From a bacterium (GTDB lineage: Bacteria > Zhuqueibacterota > Zhuqueibacteria > Zhuqueibacterales > Zhuqueibacteraceae), in the NCBI GenBank assembly GCA_044869275.1, contig JBIOXB010000129.1, positions 1-42,224 on the forward strand: a stretch of DNA of 42,224 nucleotides, written 5' to 3'. Each line of letters starts with the position of its first letter. The stretch's first letter is position 1. The translations under genes and the position numbers were made by a program. The notes under the pieces were generated by a model. That model searched no databases. It saw only the letters and a list, made by a program, of their open reading frames with translations, and was not told the DNA's origin. Shown in pieces: positions 1 through 9,738 of the stretch.

Positions 1-103
1 GCGTGAAATCACCGAAAAGGATTTGATCGAAATCATCCGACGAAAGCATCAACAACGTTTCGACGCCAGGCAAGCGCATTTGAAAAACGCGAATTCGTCT
101 TAA
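1..103 (+). CDS. 3' end of a gene entering from the left edge (partial, unknown product)
   Basis: Frame 2 is open from the edge (REITEKDLIEIIRRKHQQRFDARQAHLKNANSS) to TAA at 101-103, convergent with the next gene. Confidence 0.45.
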   Translation, partial: REITEKDLIEIIRRKHQQRFDARQAHLKNANSS

Positions 104-151
104 ACTAATGTGACATAGTCAAGTTAAAAAGTAAGGCGTAATTCGTACGAA

Positions 152-2254
152 TCATTTTCCGCTTAGCAATGCCATTTTTTTTGTCAATTGTTGATCGCCC
201 GCGTGCAAACGATAGAGGTACACACCTGCCGCGACTTCGCGGCCGAGGCTGTCGCGGCCATCCCAGGCCACGACGCGGGCGGCGCTGCTCAAATTTTCAT
301 CCACCAATGTGCGCACCAATTGCCCGAGCAGATTGTAGATGTTCAATTTCACGCGCTGCGGTTTTTCAAATTCGGGCAGTTCGAAGCCAATAACGGTGCG
401 GCCGCGAAAGGGATTGGGCAGGTTCTGTGACAGTGCGAATTGCCGCGGCACGGCATCGAGATCGAGCACGAGATCCACGCCGGCTTTCATATTGGCGTCG
501 GCGATGATCACGTCGGCCCGGCTGGAGGGCGGACCGGAGAAAGCGAGTGTCAAGACATTGTGATCTATCTTCAAATAACGCGCAAGATCGATCGTCATTT
601 CGCCCCACGCGGGCATTGGAAAGACACCTCTTCCGGCAACGTCCTTTGTGCGCAGGACAAAATCGCGGCCGTTGAGATTCACTTCAATCTGCTCGAGTCC
701 CTGATTGCTGATATAAAAATAGCGATCGGCCCAAACCGGTTCGAGGCGATGGCCGCCGGCATTCAAATCCGGCCGCAGTGTCAATAGAATGGGGTCGCAT
801 TCAGATACGTTGCCGGCCAAATCACGCACGGTAATGGTAAATTGAAACGGCTGCGTTTCATCGAGCGCCGTGGCCACCACCATGACCGGCACAACTGTGC
901 CGGGTTCAACGTCGGGAATATCGATGCTGACGTTGCCTTGGTCACGAACGCGAATCGAGGCGAGGCCGCTCTCCAGGTCCCGCACCATGACCGTAATGGT
1001 CTTGGGCGGACCGGGCTCGATCCCAACGATTTCGCAGATGGGAGGGACCCAATCAACGACCGTGCTGGGTTCCTCGCCGGGCAAACTGCCAAACAAGGCC
1101 TGGGTGACCTCAACGGTCTGGCCCGGCCACAGCGTGATTGCCCGCTCCGGGGTTTCACCCCAGAAGTATTGCATGGCATTGTCACCGCCGGTGAGACGGC
1201 TCAAAGCGTCGTCCTGTCCGCCGATGACGCGCAAATCCGGATTGCAGGTGTAATCAAATGCGCTGAAAAAAGCTTGTGGCCAAAAAACCTGTTGCACGCG
1301 CTCCGGTTGTCGCGGCGCGCGTTTCAGAATCGCGGGCGTGAGCGCCGAGCCGAAAAAGTTGTAAGCCGGCGGCTGAACCGTAATGTTACCGGCAGCATCC
1401 CGCAAAGTGTCATTCGCAGCGGCCATGTAAAATGCAAATTGGACCGGCGCGATATTCTGCTCGAACGGCGAAAACAGATCGCCGCCGCGCTCGCGCAACA
1501 CGGGCCCGTCGTCGCCGGCCTTCAGGTTGCCAATATTCAGATCCCACAAATAACGAATGCCGATGGTTGTGGGCAGCAGCTGGCCGAGGTTTTTGACGAT
1601 CGTGGTTGCCTCCACCCAGGAATCGTCAAAAGTCCGGCCGTGAACCTGAATGATTTGCGTGATCGCCAGCGTGTCGATGATGATGGGGCCGCCGGGTTGG
1701 GGCAAGCCTGGCAATGGATACAGCACGCGAAAACCCGTGATGCGGTCGCCATCGAAGATGGGCTGAATAAAACTGGAATCGGCCACCACGCTGTCATCGT
1801 TGGCAAAAGCCTGGTCCAGCCAAAAAACGCGATATCCGCCGGTGCTGTCGGGAACTGGTGTCTGCACGTAATCTGTGCGGCTGCGATAGGAGCGGATCGT
1901 CGTGTAGCTGCTGCCAGAAAGGGTGTCGCTGGCGCCGGCCAGCAAATCTTGCGGCTTGCGGAATCGCCGCGTCACGGGATGGTTCGGTCCGGTGCGCACG
2001 GAATAAAGGCCCACGCCATTGCCGATGAAATCCTCGACGACGACTTCGTAAAAATCATTGCCGGCGATACGCGGCCGGTTTAGCGCCGCTTTGGCCAGCC
2101 GCGGGCGCAGGAGGGTCTTCTTGTCGAAGCGCTGCGCCAGACTGGGGGTTACGCTTGAAAAAAAATGAAGGATCACGGCCAGCCCCAAGACCAGAGTGCG
2201 CCCGAACTGGTGCACAACGCGGTCTCTATTTGGGCGAGAAAGTGACGTGGCCAT
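152..2254 (-). CDS. Secreted protein (~700 aa) with an Ig-like region and a C-terminal FlgD-Ig/T9SS type A sorting-like domain
   Basis: Start reassigned to ATG 2254 (AAGGA RBS upstream). Hydrophobic signal-like segment ending SLA-Q. C-terminus QFALSQNLPNPF...IYNLLGQLVRTLVD...WDGRDSLGREVAAGVYLYRL is typical of this domain. Confidence 0.85.
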   Translation of the reverse strand: MATSLSRPNRDRVVHQFGRTLVLGLAVILHFFSSVTPSLAQRFDKKTLLRPRLAKAALNRPRIAGNDFYEVVVEDFIGNGVGLYSVRTGPNHPVTRRFRKPQDLLAGASDTLSGSSYTTIRSYRSRTDYVQTPVPDSTGGYRVFWLDQAFANDDSVVADSSFIQPIFDGDRITGFRVLYPLPGLPQPGGPIIIDTLAITQIIQVHGRTFDDSWVEATTIVKNLGQLLPTTIGIRYLWDLNIGNLKAGDDGPVLRERGGDLFSPFEQNIAPVQFAFYMAAANDTLRDAAGNITVQPPAYNFFGSALTPAILKRAPRQPERVQQVFWPQAFFSAFDYTCNPDLRVIGGQDDALSRLTGGDNAMQYFWGETPERAITLWPGQTVEVTQALFGSLPGEEPSTVVDWVPPICEIVGIEPGPPKTITVMVRDLESGLASIRVRDQGNVSIDIPDVEPGTVVPVMVVATALDETQPFQFTITVRDLAGNVSECDPILLTLRPDLNAGGHRLEPVWADRYFYISNQGLEQIEVNLNGRDFVLRTKDVAGRGVFPMPAWGEMTIDLARYLKIDHNVLTLAFSGPPSSRADVIIADANMKAGVDLVLDLDAVPRQFALSQNLPNPFRGRTVIGFELPEFEKPQRVKLNIYNLLGQLVRTLVDENLSSAARVVAWDGRDSLGREVAAGVYLYRLHAGDQQLTKKMALLSGK

Positions 2255-2547
2255 GCATTGTTTCCTTTGAATGACAAAAGCGGTGCCGCCTCTACCTATG
2301 CTAAAAAGACAGCGGCACAGGGAAAATTCTCTCAGTAAGCGATCGCTCAAGAAGTTTAACGAAATTTGCCGAAATGGAGGTAGGCTGGGTAATAGACGGC
2401 GAAGAGTCAAATAGAACTTACAACTTTTGACTTCAGAAACAGCGCACCAAATTTGCTGCCGCTCGTACAACGAGAGGACCCGGCAAGACCTGGCCCGCCA
2501 TTCCAATCTTGCTGTACCCTCCTCGTGTTCCGCTGCGGAAAAGTCTT

Positions 2548-3339
2548 TTAGAACACGCCGGACACGCCCACGGCGACGCCGGTGACCAGCAACAGAGCAG
2601 CCGCCACCACCCAGCCTTGCCAATGGTTCGTAGATTTGCCTTCCTGCCAGGCTTCCATAAGTTGTGTCTTGCCCAGCCATTGTTCCAGCGTAATGCGCGC
2701 CAGATCGATGGGAATGGCCTGGCTCAATTCCTGCGGCCGCGAGACGGCAATGCCGATGATACGACCATTTTGGTCGAGCACCGGCCCGCCGGTTTGTCCT
2801 TCGGACATGACGAGATTCAACATGAGCTGATGCGCTTCGTTGCGTACAATTTGTCCCGCGTTCTGCTCCAGAAATTTCGACTGCGAAAATCCGAGCACCG
2901 CGGCATTCTCTCCGGGCATGAGTTGATCCGACTGGCCATAGGGCAGGGCTGCCGCCACCGGTAACGGTTTGCGCGCCGCCAGCAATACCAGATCGCGGTT
3001 GCGCCATTTGCCGGAAATCAAACGTCCAGGCGCCGCTTGGCCTTGCTCCGCCGCTTGAATGGTGATTTTATCTTCATGGCCGTTGATCAAAGCATTCGCC
3101 GTCAAAATCACTGGCAAGCCGTTGCGCGTTTTGCCGATGACGATGCCGGCGCCGGCCGTTTGATTTTCGCCCGTGGAGATTTTGACGACGGCTTGCACGG
3201 CGCGCGGATAGATCGCCTCGGGAATTTTGCGGGCAGGCGGAACCGGAGAAGCATTTTGTCCGAAGCCCGTGTCTGGAGGAGAGGCAAAACTGGCAAAAAG
3301 CGACGCCGCAAATAAGAGGACGCTTCGGCAAGCAATCAT
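2548..3339 (-). CDS. Trypsin-like (S1/Trypsin_2) fold protein, probably catalytically inactive, with signal peptide and C-terminal TM helix
   Basis: Motifs AVVKI, GAGIVIG, ILTANAL (His site), RDLVLL (Asp site), EGQTGGPVLDQNGRIIGI (Ser site). Hydrophobic N- and C-termini. Confidence 0.8.
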   Translation of the reverse strand: MIACRSVLLFAASLFASFASPPDTGFGQNASPVPPARKIPEAIYPRAVQAVVKISTGENQTAGAGIVIGKTRNGLPVILTANALINGHEDKITIQAAEQGQAAPGRLISGKWRNRDLVLLAARKPLPVAAALPYGQSDQLMPGENAAVLGFSQSKFLEQNAGQIVRNEAHQLMLNLVMSEGQTGGPVLDQNGRIIGIAVSRPQELSQAIPIDLARITLEQWLGKTQLMEAWQEGKSTNHWQGWVVAAALLLVTGVAVGVSGVF

Positions 3340-3522
3340 AGGATTGAAAATGGCGGGATAGGTTTTGGGCAGTTTGGAATCTTCAAGTCAGATCATTGCC
3401 TGCGGGCAGGCGTCAGCCAACCACCATGACAGCCATCCCGGCAGGGCAGGTGAGGTGCGACATTGATGGCGCGCAGGAATGTGCGGCGGGTTGGACACAA
3501 AGTCAAGTGATTTTTGTGTTCA

Positions 3523-4035
3523 CTACGGCAGCTCGAGGCTAAAAGCAAGTTGTCCGTTGCCGCCCGCCGTGCGAGGCGTGAGCGTTTGCAGTTCTTTTTC
3601 CAGCCACTGAATGTAGTTTCGACGCGTCTTTCTCATCTCGATCGCTCGCACGCAAAGCCGGTGCGTTTGCACAGCAAAAGCCGGCCAGGCATGGTGCATA
3701 TGATCGGGGATCCTCAGATAAGTTGGCGCTTCGTCACAAAATAGAATACTGCGCGCCAGCGTCCACAGATCGCATTGCTTTTCGCCCTCGGGAATCAACT
3801 GCATGCCTTGCACGAGATGGGTCAGCTCATGGCCGATGGTATTGTAGCTTACTTTGCGCGCGCGCAGGCGAATGGTGAAATCCTCCGGAATCGCCGCGCC
3901 CAGGTGCGTACGCGTGTATCCCACGGTGATGATTTTGTCCCGCAACTCAGGAAAATGGCGCAAGGCATCGTGCAGCATGGCGATGGTGCGCTGCGGCACA
4001 CGCTTTTGCATGGGAGCAGTGAAGCGAAAGGGCAT
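3523..4035 (-). CDS. Hypothetical HExxH zincin-like metalloprotein (170 aa)
   Basis: IGHELTH followed by EKQCD, a gluzincin-like third-ligand position. Confidence 0.65.
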   Translation of the reverse strand: MPFRFTAPMQKRVPQRTIAMLHDALRHFPELRDKIITVGYTRTHLGAAIPEDFTIRLRARKVSYNTIGHELTHLVQGMQLIPEGEKQCDLWTLARSILFCDEAPTYLRIPDHMHHAWPAFAVQTHRLCVRAIEMRKTRRNYIQWLEKELQTLTPRTAGGNGQLAFSLELP

Positions 4036-4169
4036 GACGAATCCGCGTAAGCTTTAGCACGAAGGTCAAAAAGCGCATCAAGGATGGGCTTCAACCCGGA
4101 ATCTAAAAATTTCCGTGCAAAATTCCGCACAAAAAATCTGCTTTTTGCATCAGACCGAGGCACCGGACC

Positions 4170-4614
4170 GTGTTGTCTTTTGTCCAGCTCGCGGCCACTT
4201 CGCTATTTCTGGCAACGCTCTGGCCAGGAAATGTAAAAGCACAGTTTTCAGCGGCGAATATTGCCGAATTCCAGGCCGGCAATTTGCCTTATACCGAGCC
4301 GGCGGACTTGACCACGCTGTACGATCAGTTCAATTTTTCCTATCAATATCGTCTGCTGCCGCGGCTATCAGCGCCGTGATCGATCAATTGCTGGCGAGCA
4401 CGGGCGTGTCGGAAGAGGGTGAGCCGGTGCAAAGTTTTCTACTGCACCAAAATTATCCCAACCCATTTAACCCTTCCACGCAGATCGCTTTCGCGCTTGT
4501 ACAAGGCGGGCGCGTGACGCTGGCCATCTACAGCGCCGCCGGGGCATTGATCACAACTTTGTTGGATCATAATCTCGCTGCAGGCCGGCACGAGGTGACT
4601 TGGAATGCCCTCGT
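4170..4614 (+). pseudogene. Fused relic: N-terminus of a signal-peptide protein joined out of frame to a truncated T9SS/FlgD C-terminal domain
   Basis: 4170-~4350 has a GAGG RBS, signal peptide ending VKA-Q and a short mature segment. ~4350-4614 in another frame reads FLLHQNYPNPFNPSTQIAF...HEVTWNA and is cut off at the convergent permease stop, lacking the SGxYxYRL end. Confidence 0.65.
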
Positions 4615-7600
4615 TCACTCCGCTTTGAGCGCAGGCAAGAGCGGCACACGGGAAGAAAAAGACAACGCCACGAAGCTCGCCAACAATCCCACCAGCCAAA
4701 CTAGCAACAGCAGTCCGCTCAAGAGCAACCACGGCGTTTGCGTGTTTTGACTGAACAAATGAGGAGCCACGGCCAGCAACGCGGCAATGGTTCCGATCAG
4801 CATGCCGCAGAGGATCAGAAAACCGTTTTCAGCGAGTAACATGCTTGACAAAGTCGAGCGCTGAAAGCCGAATGCGCGCAGCGTCGCCAATTCCCCGCGG
4901 CGCTCGATGAGATTGCGCGCGAGAATGAGGCCGAGTCCCAAAGTCCCCAACAACAATCCCAAACCGCCGAGCAGCGCGAACACGGAAAGATAAGTGTTTT
5001 CCACGGCTTGAAATTTCGCCAGTTTTTCCGCGGTAGAAGTGACGTCAAAGCCATAGATACTCAAAACGCTTTCGCAAGTTTGTGCCAGTCGCGCGGCGCT
5101 ATCCGGCAGCGACTCGATCAAAAAGTAACCGTAACCGCTTTGGCTGGGAAAATGGGCTAAAAAATTCTGTTCCGAGATGACAATCTCGCTTTGCAAAATA
5201 CTGCTCTGCAGCAGGCCCACAAAACGCAGCTTGATGGTCTCACCACGCTCGTTCTGCATTTCCAAGTCTTCGCCCAAGCCCAGGTGCAGAATCCAGCGCA
5301 CGGAATTGTAATCGCCGATGGCCGGAACCACGCCCGGCTCCAAATCTTCTTCCAAAAGTTGCCAGGGATTCTCGCTGGCACCCGGCAGCGCGCCTTGAAA
5401 GAGAAAGCCGCCACGGGTGACGCCGGCTTTCGTGATGCCGAGCACGCGCGGCTTTTGCGGCTTGTACAAATTCAAGCAGCTCGCATCTTCACCGGGCAGC
5501 ATGCGAAAAGGAAAAAACTGCGCATGCTTGAAAAGCGCAGAATCCTTATCTGCGAATCCCAGCTCGGCGCGGCCGGCGGGCGCATTCAAATCTTGGGAAA
5601 ACGCCGTATTCGATTCTGCCAGCAAAACAAAGCCGCCGGATCCGGATTTTCGATTTTCGATTTCCGCCGTGGGAGCGCGCCGGTTTGCGCCCACAGCCAC
5701 GATCATGAAACACGCGCAGCCGACCAAGGCGACGCTCAACAAGCTTCGGCCGGATTGGCGTGCGGTATTGCGCGCGGCCATGTGCGACACGGTTTGCAGG
5801 CGCCCAGCGGTCCGGCGCCGGCGCATCCACACTGAAAAGAAAGCGAGCCCCGCGATTAACAGCAGGGCGCCACTGCCGAAGAAAATGCCGGCGGCATCTT
5901 GCGCACCTTGCCAGAGCGCCGCCATCATCAATGCCAGCGAAAATGCCAGCGCGAGACCGGCAACCAGGCGCGCGAAACGCGGCGGCGCTTGCCGATCGCT
6001 CACGGTCACGCCGTGCAGCAAAGCCGTCGCAGGAATTTTGCGCAATTGCCGGATGGTCAAAATGATCGCGAGTGCGACGATCAACAGGGAAAGAACCGCG
6101 CCCAAGAGCAAGCTGCTGGCGCTGAGGTGCAGAAATAAAAACGAAGTTCCGACTGCGTCGATCCACCACGTGCGCAAAGCGGAGATCATCGCGGCGGCAT
6201 AGCCGGCTGCGCCGGGCACGCCAAGCAGGACGCCGATCAGGGCGACGAGCAATCCTTCCTTTAGAAATCGCCCGCGCACAGCGCGCCGCGTGTGGCCCGT
6301 CGCCAGCAAAATGCCAAGCTCTTTGGCGCGTTGCTCCACCCCCAGCCGAAAGAGCATGCCCACCAACAGCACCGCGGACACAATCAGAAAAAGGCTGAAG
6401 CCGATGAACAAACCCCCGAAATCGGTTGCGCCCTGGGAAGATTGCAGGCTTTGTGCTTTCACGGGTTGAATGACAAAGCCGGCTTGCTGTGGCGATATTC
6501 TCTGCAATAAATCGCTTTCGAAGGCACGGCGCGCCTCGGACAATTCTTGTGTTGCGGCCGGCGCAAAGCGCATGGCATTCAAATCTCCGAAGCGGCTGCG
6601 CCACAAACTGCGTCCGGCGTTTTCGGAAACGAAGGCTTTGGGGGTGGCGCGATACTCGTCCCAGTATTTTTCATCTTGCGGACGAATCAGCTTCAATTCC
6701 ACTGGAAACGGCGGTTGCCAGTCCTGCATGTTTTCCATCTCATCCACGCCGGGAATCGGCGGCGCGAGGTAGCGATCCGCCGCGATACCGTGCGGGGCGA
6801 CCACGCCTCGCACGCGAAACGTTCGATGTTCCGTGAGAAGCTGCTCGCGTTCTCCGACCACGTAATAGCTGACCTGAACCGTGTCACCTGTTCTTGTGGA
6901 TAGATCCTTCGCGGCCCAATCGTTCAGCAGAATTTCGTCATCTGCCAACGCCGCCACCGGCGTGCCGTCTGTCAAGTTCAGCTCGCCGAAGGGCGCCGCC
7001 ACGGGTGTCGGCAATGCGGTCATCGTGGAATATGGCATCGTGCGCGAATCGCGGCGCATGGTGTTGGCCAAATAAGTGAAGAGATTTTGCGAGGCAAGCT
7101 CGAGACGAGCAGCCGATTCCTGAGCCAGCTCGACCAGCGCCGGTTTTAGAATGAGTTCGCGACTGGTGAGGGAGAAATAATTTTTGAATTCTTGTATGCG
7201 CAGGCCGGCGTCTTCCAGGCGCAGCGATTTTTGCAGGACTTGCGTCAACTCGTATTCAAGCTGCAAGGAAGAATCGTTGCGGGAGGGAATGAGCAGGGCA
7301 TTGATCTCGCCCGGCCGGTGCAGCGCGCGCTGCAAAACCGGCATTGAGGTAAAAGCATTGAACGGCAAGTATTGCTGCGTGCGCAAGCCGAATCGCCCGG
7401 CGCCGCGATCGGGCAGGACGCGCGTAATCGTCAATCGTACCGTTTCGGTCAAGTCTTCCGCGCTCTTGCGGCCCAGAACCGAGGCGCGGGGAATTTCGGC
7501 GTAGCTTTTGAACGAAAGCAGAATCTGATCCCCGATCTGTGCCCGCAACTCGCGGCGCAAGGATTCGTTGACCATGACCGAGGGGAAGGGCTGGCCGTTT

Positions 7601-7995
7601 TTTCGCGCCAGCGCGAGCGCATAGGCCGCAGCGGAATCCGCTTCAAAGAGCTCAAAAAAGCGTTGCTCAACGCCTCCGATATTGACATCAACCGCGCGCG
7701 CTTGGGAGGAGCCGTGGGTGGCGCTGCCATTCAAAAGGAGGGAGGGCGCGGGGTTTCCGAAACGCTGCAAAAAGTTTGGCTGTTGCGCCAGTTCTTCGGC
7801 AAGATTTTGGCGAAAAAGATGATCGGAGAGAACGGTGAAATCGATTTTCCCCAATCGCTCGAGCGACAAATCGCGCAAGCTGCCGCGCACGGAATCGCCG
7901 ACCAGCAGTGCGCCGGTGAGCACCGCGGTGGTGACGGCGGCGCCGAGCGCGACGGCGAGGTGCAGCCGGCGATAGTATCTCAAACTGCGAAGCAC
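4615..7995 (-). CDS. Large FtsX-like ABC transporter permease (1126 aa)
   Basis: Multiple TM clusters and two coupling motifs (EQRAKELGILLATG, ERRGELATLRAFGF). GTG start overlaps the ATPase stop. Confidence 0.9.
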   Translation of the reverse strand: MLRSLRYYRRLHLAVALGAAVTTAVLTGALLVGDSVRGSLRDLSLERLGKIDFTVLSDHLFRQNLAEELAQQPNFLQRFGNPAPSLLLNGSATHGSSQARAVDVNIGGVEQRFFELFEADSAAAYALALARKNGQPFPSVMVNESLRRELRAQIGDQILLSFKSYAEIPRASVLGRKSAEDLTETVRLTITRVLPDRGAGRFGLRTQQYLPFNAFTSMPVLQRALHRPGEINALLIPSRNDSSLQLEYELTQVLQKSLRLEDAGLRIQEFKNYFSLTSRELILKPALVELAQESAARLELASQNLFTYLANTMRRDSRTMPYSTMTALPTPVAAPFGELNLTDGTPVAALADDEILLNDWAAKDLSTRTGDTVQVSYYVVGEREQLLTEHRTFRVRGVVAPHGIAADRYLAPPIPGVDEMENMQDWQPPFPVELKLIRPQDEKYWDEYRATPKAFVSENAGRSLWRSRFGDLNAMRFAPAATQELSEARRAFESDLLQRISPQQAGFVIQPVKAQSLQSSQGATDFGGLFIGFSLFLIVSAVLLVGMLFRLGVEQRAKELGILLATGHTRRAVRGRFLKEGLLVALIGVLLGVPGAAGYAAAMISALRTWWIDAVGTSFLFLHLSASSLLLGAVLSLLIVALAIILTIRQLRKIPATALLHGVTVSDRQAPPRFARLVAGLALAFSLALMMAALWQGAQDAAGIFFGSGALLLIAGLAFFSVWMRRRRTAGRLQTVSHMAARNTARQSGRSLLSVALVGCACFMIVAVGANRRAPTAEIENRKSGSGGFVLLAESNTAFSQDLNAPAGRAELGFADKDSALFKHAQFFPFRMLPGEDASCLNLYKPQKPRVLGITKAGVTRGGFLFQGALPGASENPWQLLEEDLEPGVVPAIGDYNSVRWILHLGLGEDLEMQNERGETIKLRFVGLLQSSILQSEIVISEQNFLAHFPSQSGYGYFLIESLPDSAARLAQTCESVLSIYGFDVTSTAEKLAKFQAVENTYLSVFALLGGLGLLLGTLGLGLILARNLIERRGELATLRAFGFQRSTLSSMLLAENGFLILCGMLIGTIAALLAVAPHLFSQNTQTPWLLLSGLLLLVWLVGLLASFVALSFSSRVPLLPALKAE

Positions 7996-8669
7996 TTGCC
8001 CTCCCGCAGCTCACAGCGCCGCGCGCAACGGCCGGCCAGCTCCATGCTGTGCGTGACGATGATGAGAATGTTCTGCTGCTCGCGATGGAGCTCGAAAAGC
8101 AAATTGGCAACGGCTTGCGCCGTGGTGCGGTCCAAATTGCCGGTGGGCTCATCGCACAGCAAAATGCCGGGCTGATTCACGAGCGCGCGCGCCAGGGCCA
8201 CGCGCTGGCGCTCGCCGCCGGAAAGCTCGGCGGGGAAATGGTCGAGGCGATGCGCCAGACCCACGCGCTGCAACAGGTCTCGTGCCCGGTCACCGGCCGC
8301 GGCAGAACGGCTGCGCTGCGCCAGAGTGGGCACCAGAACATTTTCCAGCACCGAATACTGCGGCAGGAGGTGATGATCTTGAAATACAAATCCGATTTGC
8401 GCGTTGCGAAAACGCGCCAGCTCAGGCTCGGTGAAGGCAAGAGGGTCCTGGCCGCCAATTTCGATTCTGCCGGAGGAAGGCTGATCCAGCGTGCCGATCA
8501 AATGCAGCAGCGTGCTTTTGCCGGAACCGGAAGGCCCGACAATCGCCAGCGACTGCCCGCTGGCGATTTCGAAAGAAATATCGCGCAGGACTTCGACCAG
8601 GCGCGGGGAGGTGCCAAAATGTTTGTGGATTTGATGAAGGGAGAGTCGGGTAGAATTGGGAGTTTGCAT
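7980..8669 (-). CDS. ABC transporter ATP-binding protein, LolD/MacB-type
   Basis: Walker A GPSGSGKST, Q-loop GFVFQ, signature LSGGERQR, Walker B LLCDEPTGNLD, H-loop IVTH. Start reassigned to ATG 8669. Confidence 0.95.
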   Translation of the reverse strand: MQTPNSTRLSLHQIHKHFGTSPRLVEVLRDISFEIASGQSLAIVGPSGSGKSTLLHLIGTLDQPSSGRIEIGGQDPLAFTEPELARFRNAQIGFVFQDHHLLPQYSVLENVLVPTLAQRSRSAAAGDRARDLLQRVGLAHRLDHFPAELSGGERQRVALARALVNQPGILLCDEPTGNLDRTTAQAVANLLFELHREQQNILIIVTHSMELAGRCARRCELREGKCFAV

Positions 8670-8732
8670 CTTAGTCGCTATTTCGCGCGTCCACCAAAAA
8701 AACGATTTTCGATTCACGATTTACCAGATTCA

Positions 8733-8802
8733 ATCTTCTATCTTCTATCTTCTATCTTCTATCTTCTATCTTCTATCTTCTATCTTCTATCTTCTATCTT
8801 CT
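8733..8802. repeat. Perfect heptamer tandem repeat (ATCTTCT)x10
   Basis: Counted directly. A degenerate ACGATTT/TCGATTC/ACGATTT tract lies at 8702-8722. Confidence 0.97.
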
Positions 8803-8806
8803 ATAC

Positions 8807-9235
8807 TCAATCTTCAGACGCCTGGGCTGCTTCAATTTGTTCCGCCAGAAATCTTGGAAGCGGAATCGTGCGAAAACCTTTTTCGGGGTCGACCATGCAG
8901 CACACCGCGCTCATCTGCCCGCGCGCGATCACAGTTTCGGCTTTCTTGATGATGAACTTATAGGTCAGCGCTTTCGTTCCCTTTTTAGCCACGATCACGT
9001 GAATGTCCAACACGTCTTCAAACCTGGCCGGGCTCAAATATTCGCATGCGGCGGCTAAACGCGGCCAACCGAGCTGCATGCCGTCCATTTTGCCGGCCAC
9101 GCTGACGCCGAGCGAACGCAAGAATTCATGCTCGGCGGTTTCCATAAAAATGAAAAAGCGAGAGAAGTGCACGACGCCGGCTAAATCGGTATCGACAAAT
9201 TCGATTTTGCGTTTGGTGTGAAATTCGTGGGGCAC
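8807..9235 (-). CDS. Acyl-CoA thioesterase, 4HBT/YbgC hotdog family
   Basis: Motif FVDTDLAGVVHFSRFFIFME and YLSPARFEDVL; 142 aa. Confidence 0.9.
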   Translation of the reverse strand: MPHEFHTKRKIEFVDTDLAGVVHFSRFFIFMETAEHEFLRSLGVSVAGKMDGMQLGWPRLAAACEYLSPARFEDVLDIHVIVAKKGTKALTYKFIIKKAETVIARGQMSAVCCMVDPEKGFRTIPLPRFLAEQIEAAQASED

Positions 9236-9288
9236 GAGATACCCTATGTGATGAACGCCTTTATTCGCATCCGTTTATCGAAAAAGAG

Positions 9289-9723
9289 TCAAGCCCCCTC
9301 TGAGAGCTTGTCCTTATACATGCGAATGCCGTTACGTATTTGGATGCAAAGATTGGGAGAGGCCGCAATCGCGTTGAGCTTGATCACAGCTTGTTCCGCT
9401 TGGGCAACCCAAACGGCAGATCGAAATTGCGGAGAAAAACCTTCTGAAGCAAGGTCGTAATCAGCAGATAGGCGTTGGCGGTGGAGTTCCTTCAACCAGC
9501 GGCCAATTTGCATGCCCTCTTCTACACCACAACTGTTCAGACGCGCGGGCAATTGCCCATGAGCCTGGGGACCCTTTACGCTGGGAAATCCCAAGCTGGC
9601 AGTAAATGTTGCGACTGCATGAAACAAGGCGTAGTAAGCTCTGCTAACGGCCGAACGATAGGCCGCCTCCGATGGTATGTTCAAATGCTTTTTGGAGATT
9701 TCGAGAAATTGCTGCCCATCCAT
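9289..9723 (-). CDS. HEPN domain protein
   Basis: RSAVSRAYYALFH and LHRQRLSADYD, the RxxADY type of HEPN. Confidence 0.85.
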   Translation of the reverse strand: MDGQQFLEISKKHLNIPSEAAYRSAVSRAYYALFHAVATFTASLGFPSVKGPQAHGQLPARLNSCGVEEGMQIGRWLKELHRQRLSADYDLASEGFSPQFRSAVWVAQAEQAVIKLNAIAASPNLCIQIRNGIRMYKDKLSEGA

Positions 9724-9738
9724 ATTGCAACAACTCCG

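Noticed and set aside
2255..3007. 251-aa N-terminal extension of ORF 152..3007
   Set aside because: Overlaps the trypsin-like gene in another frame. RBS and signal peptide point to ATG 2254.
3398..3450. Small GC palindromes (GCCTGCGGGCAGGC, CCCGGCAGGGCAGG)
   Set aside because: Too short, no U-tract, and expected by chance at this GC content.
7980..8669. This ATPase as the dedicated partner of the eight-permease array
   Set aside because: It overlaps its own 1126-aa permease of a different subfamily and is separated from the array by four unrelated genes. It cannot be excluded but is unsupported.
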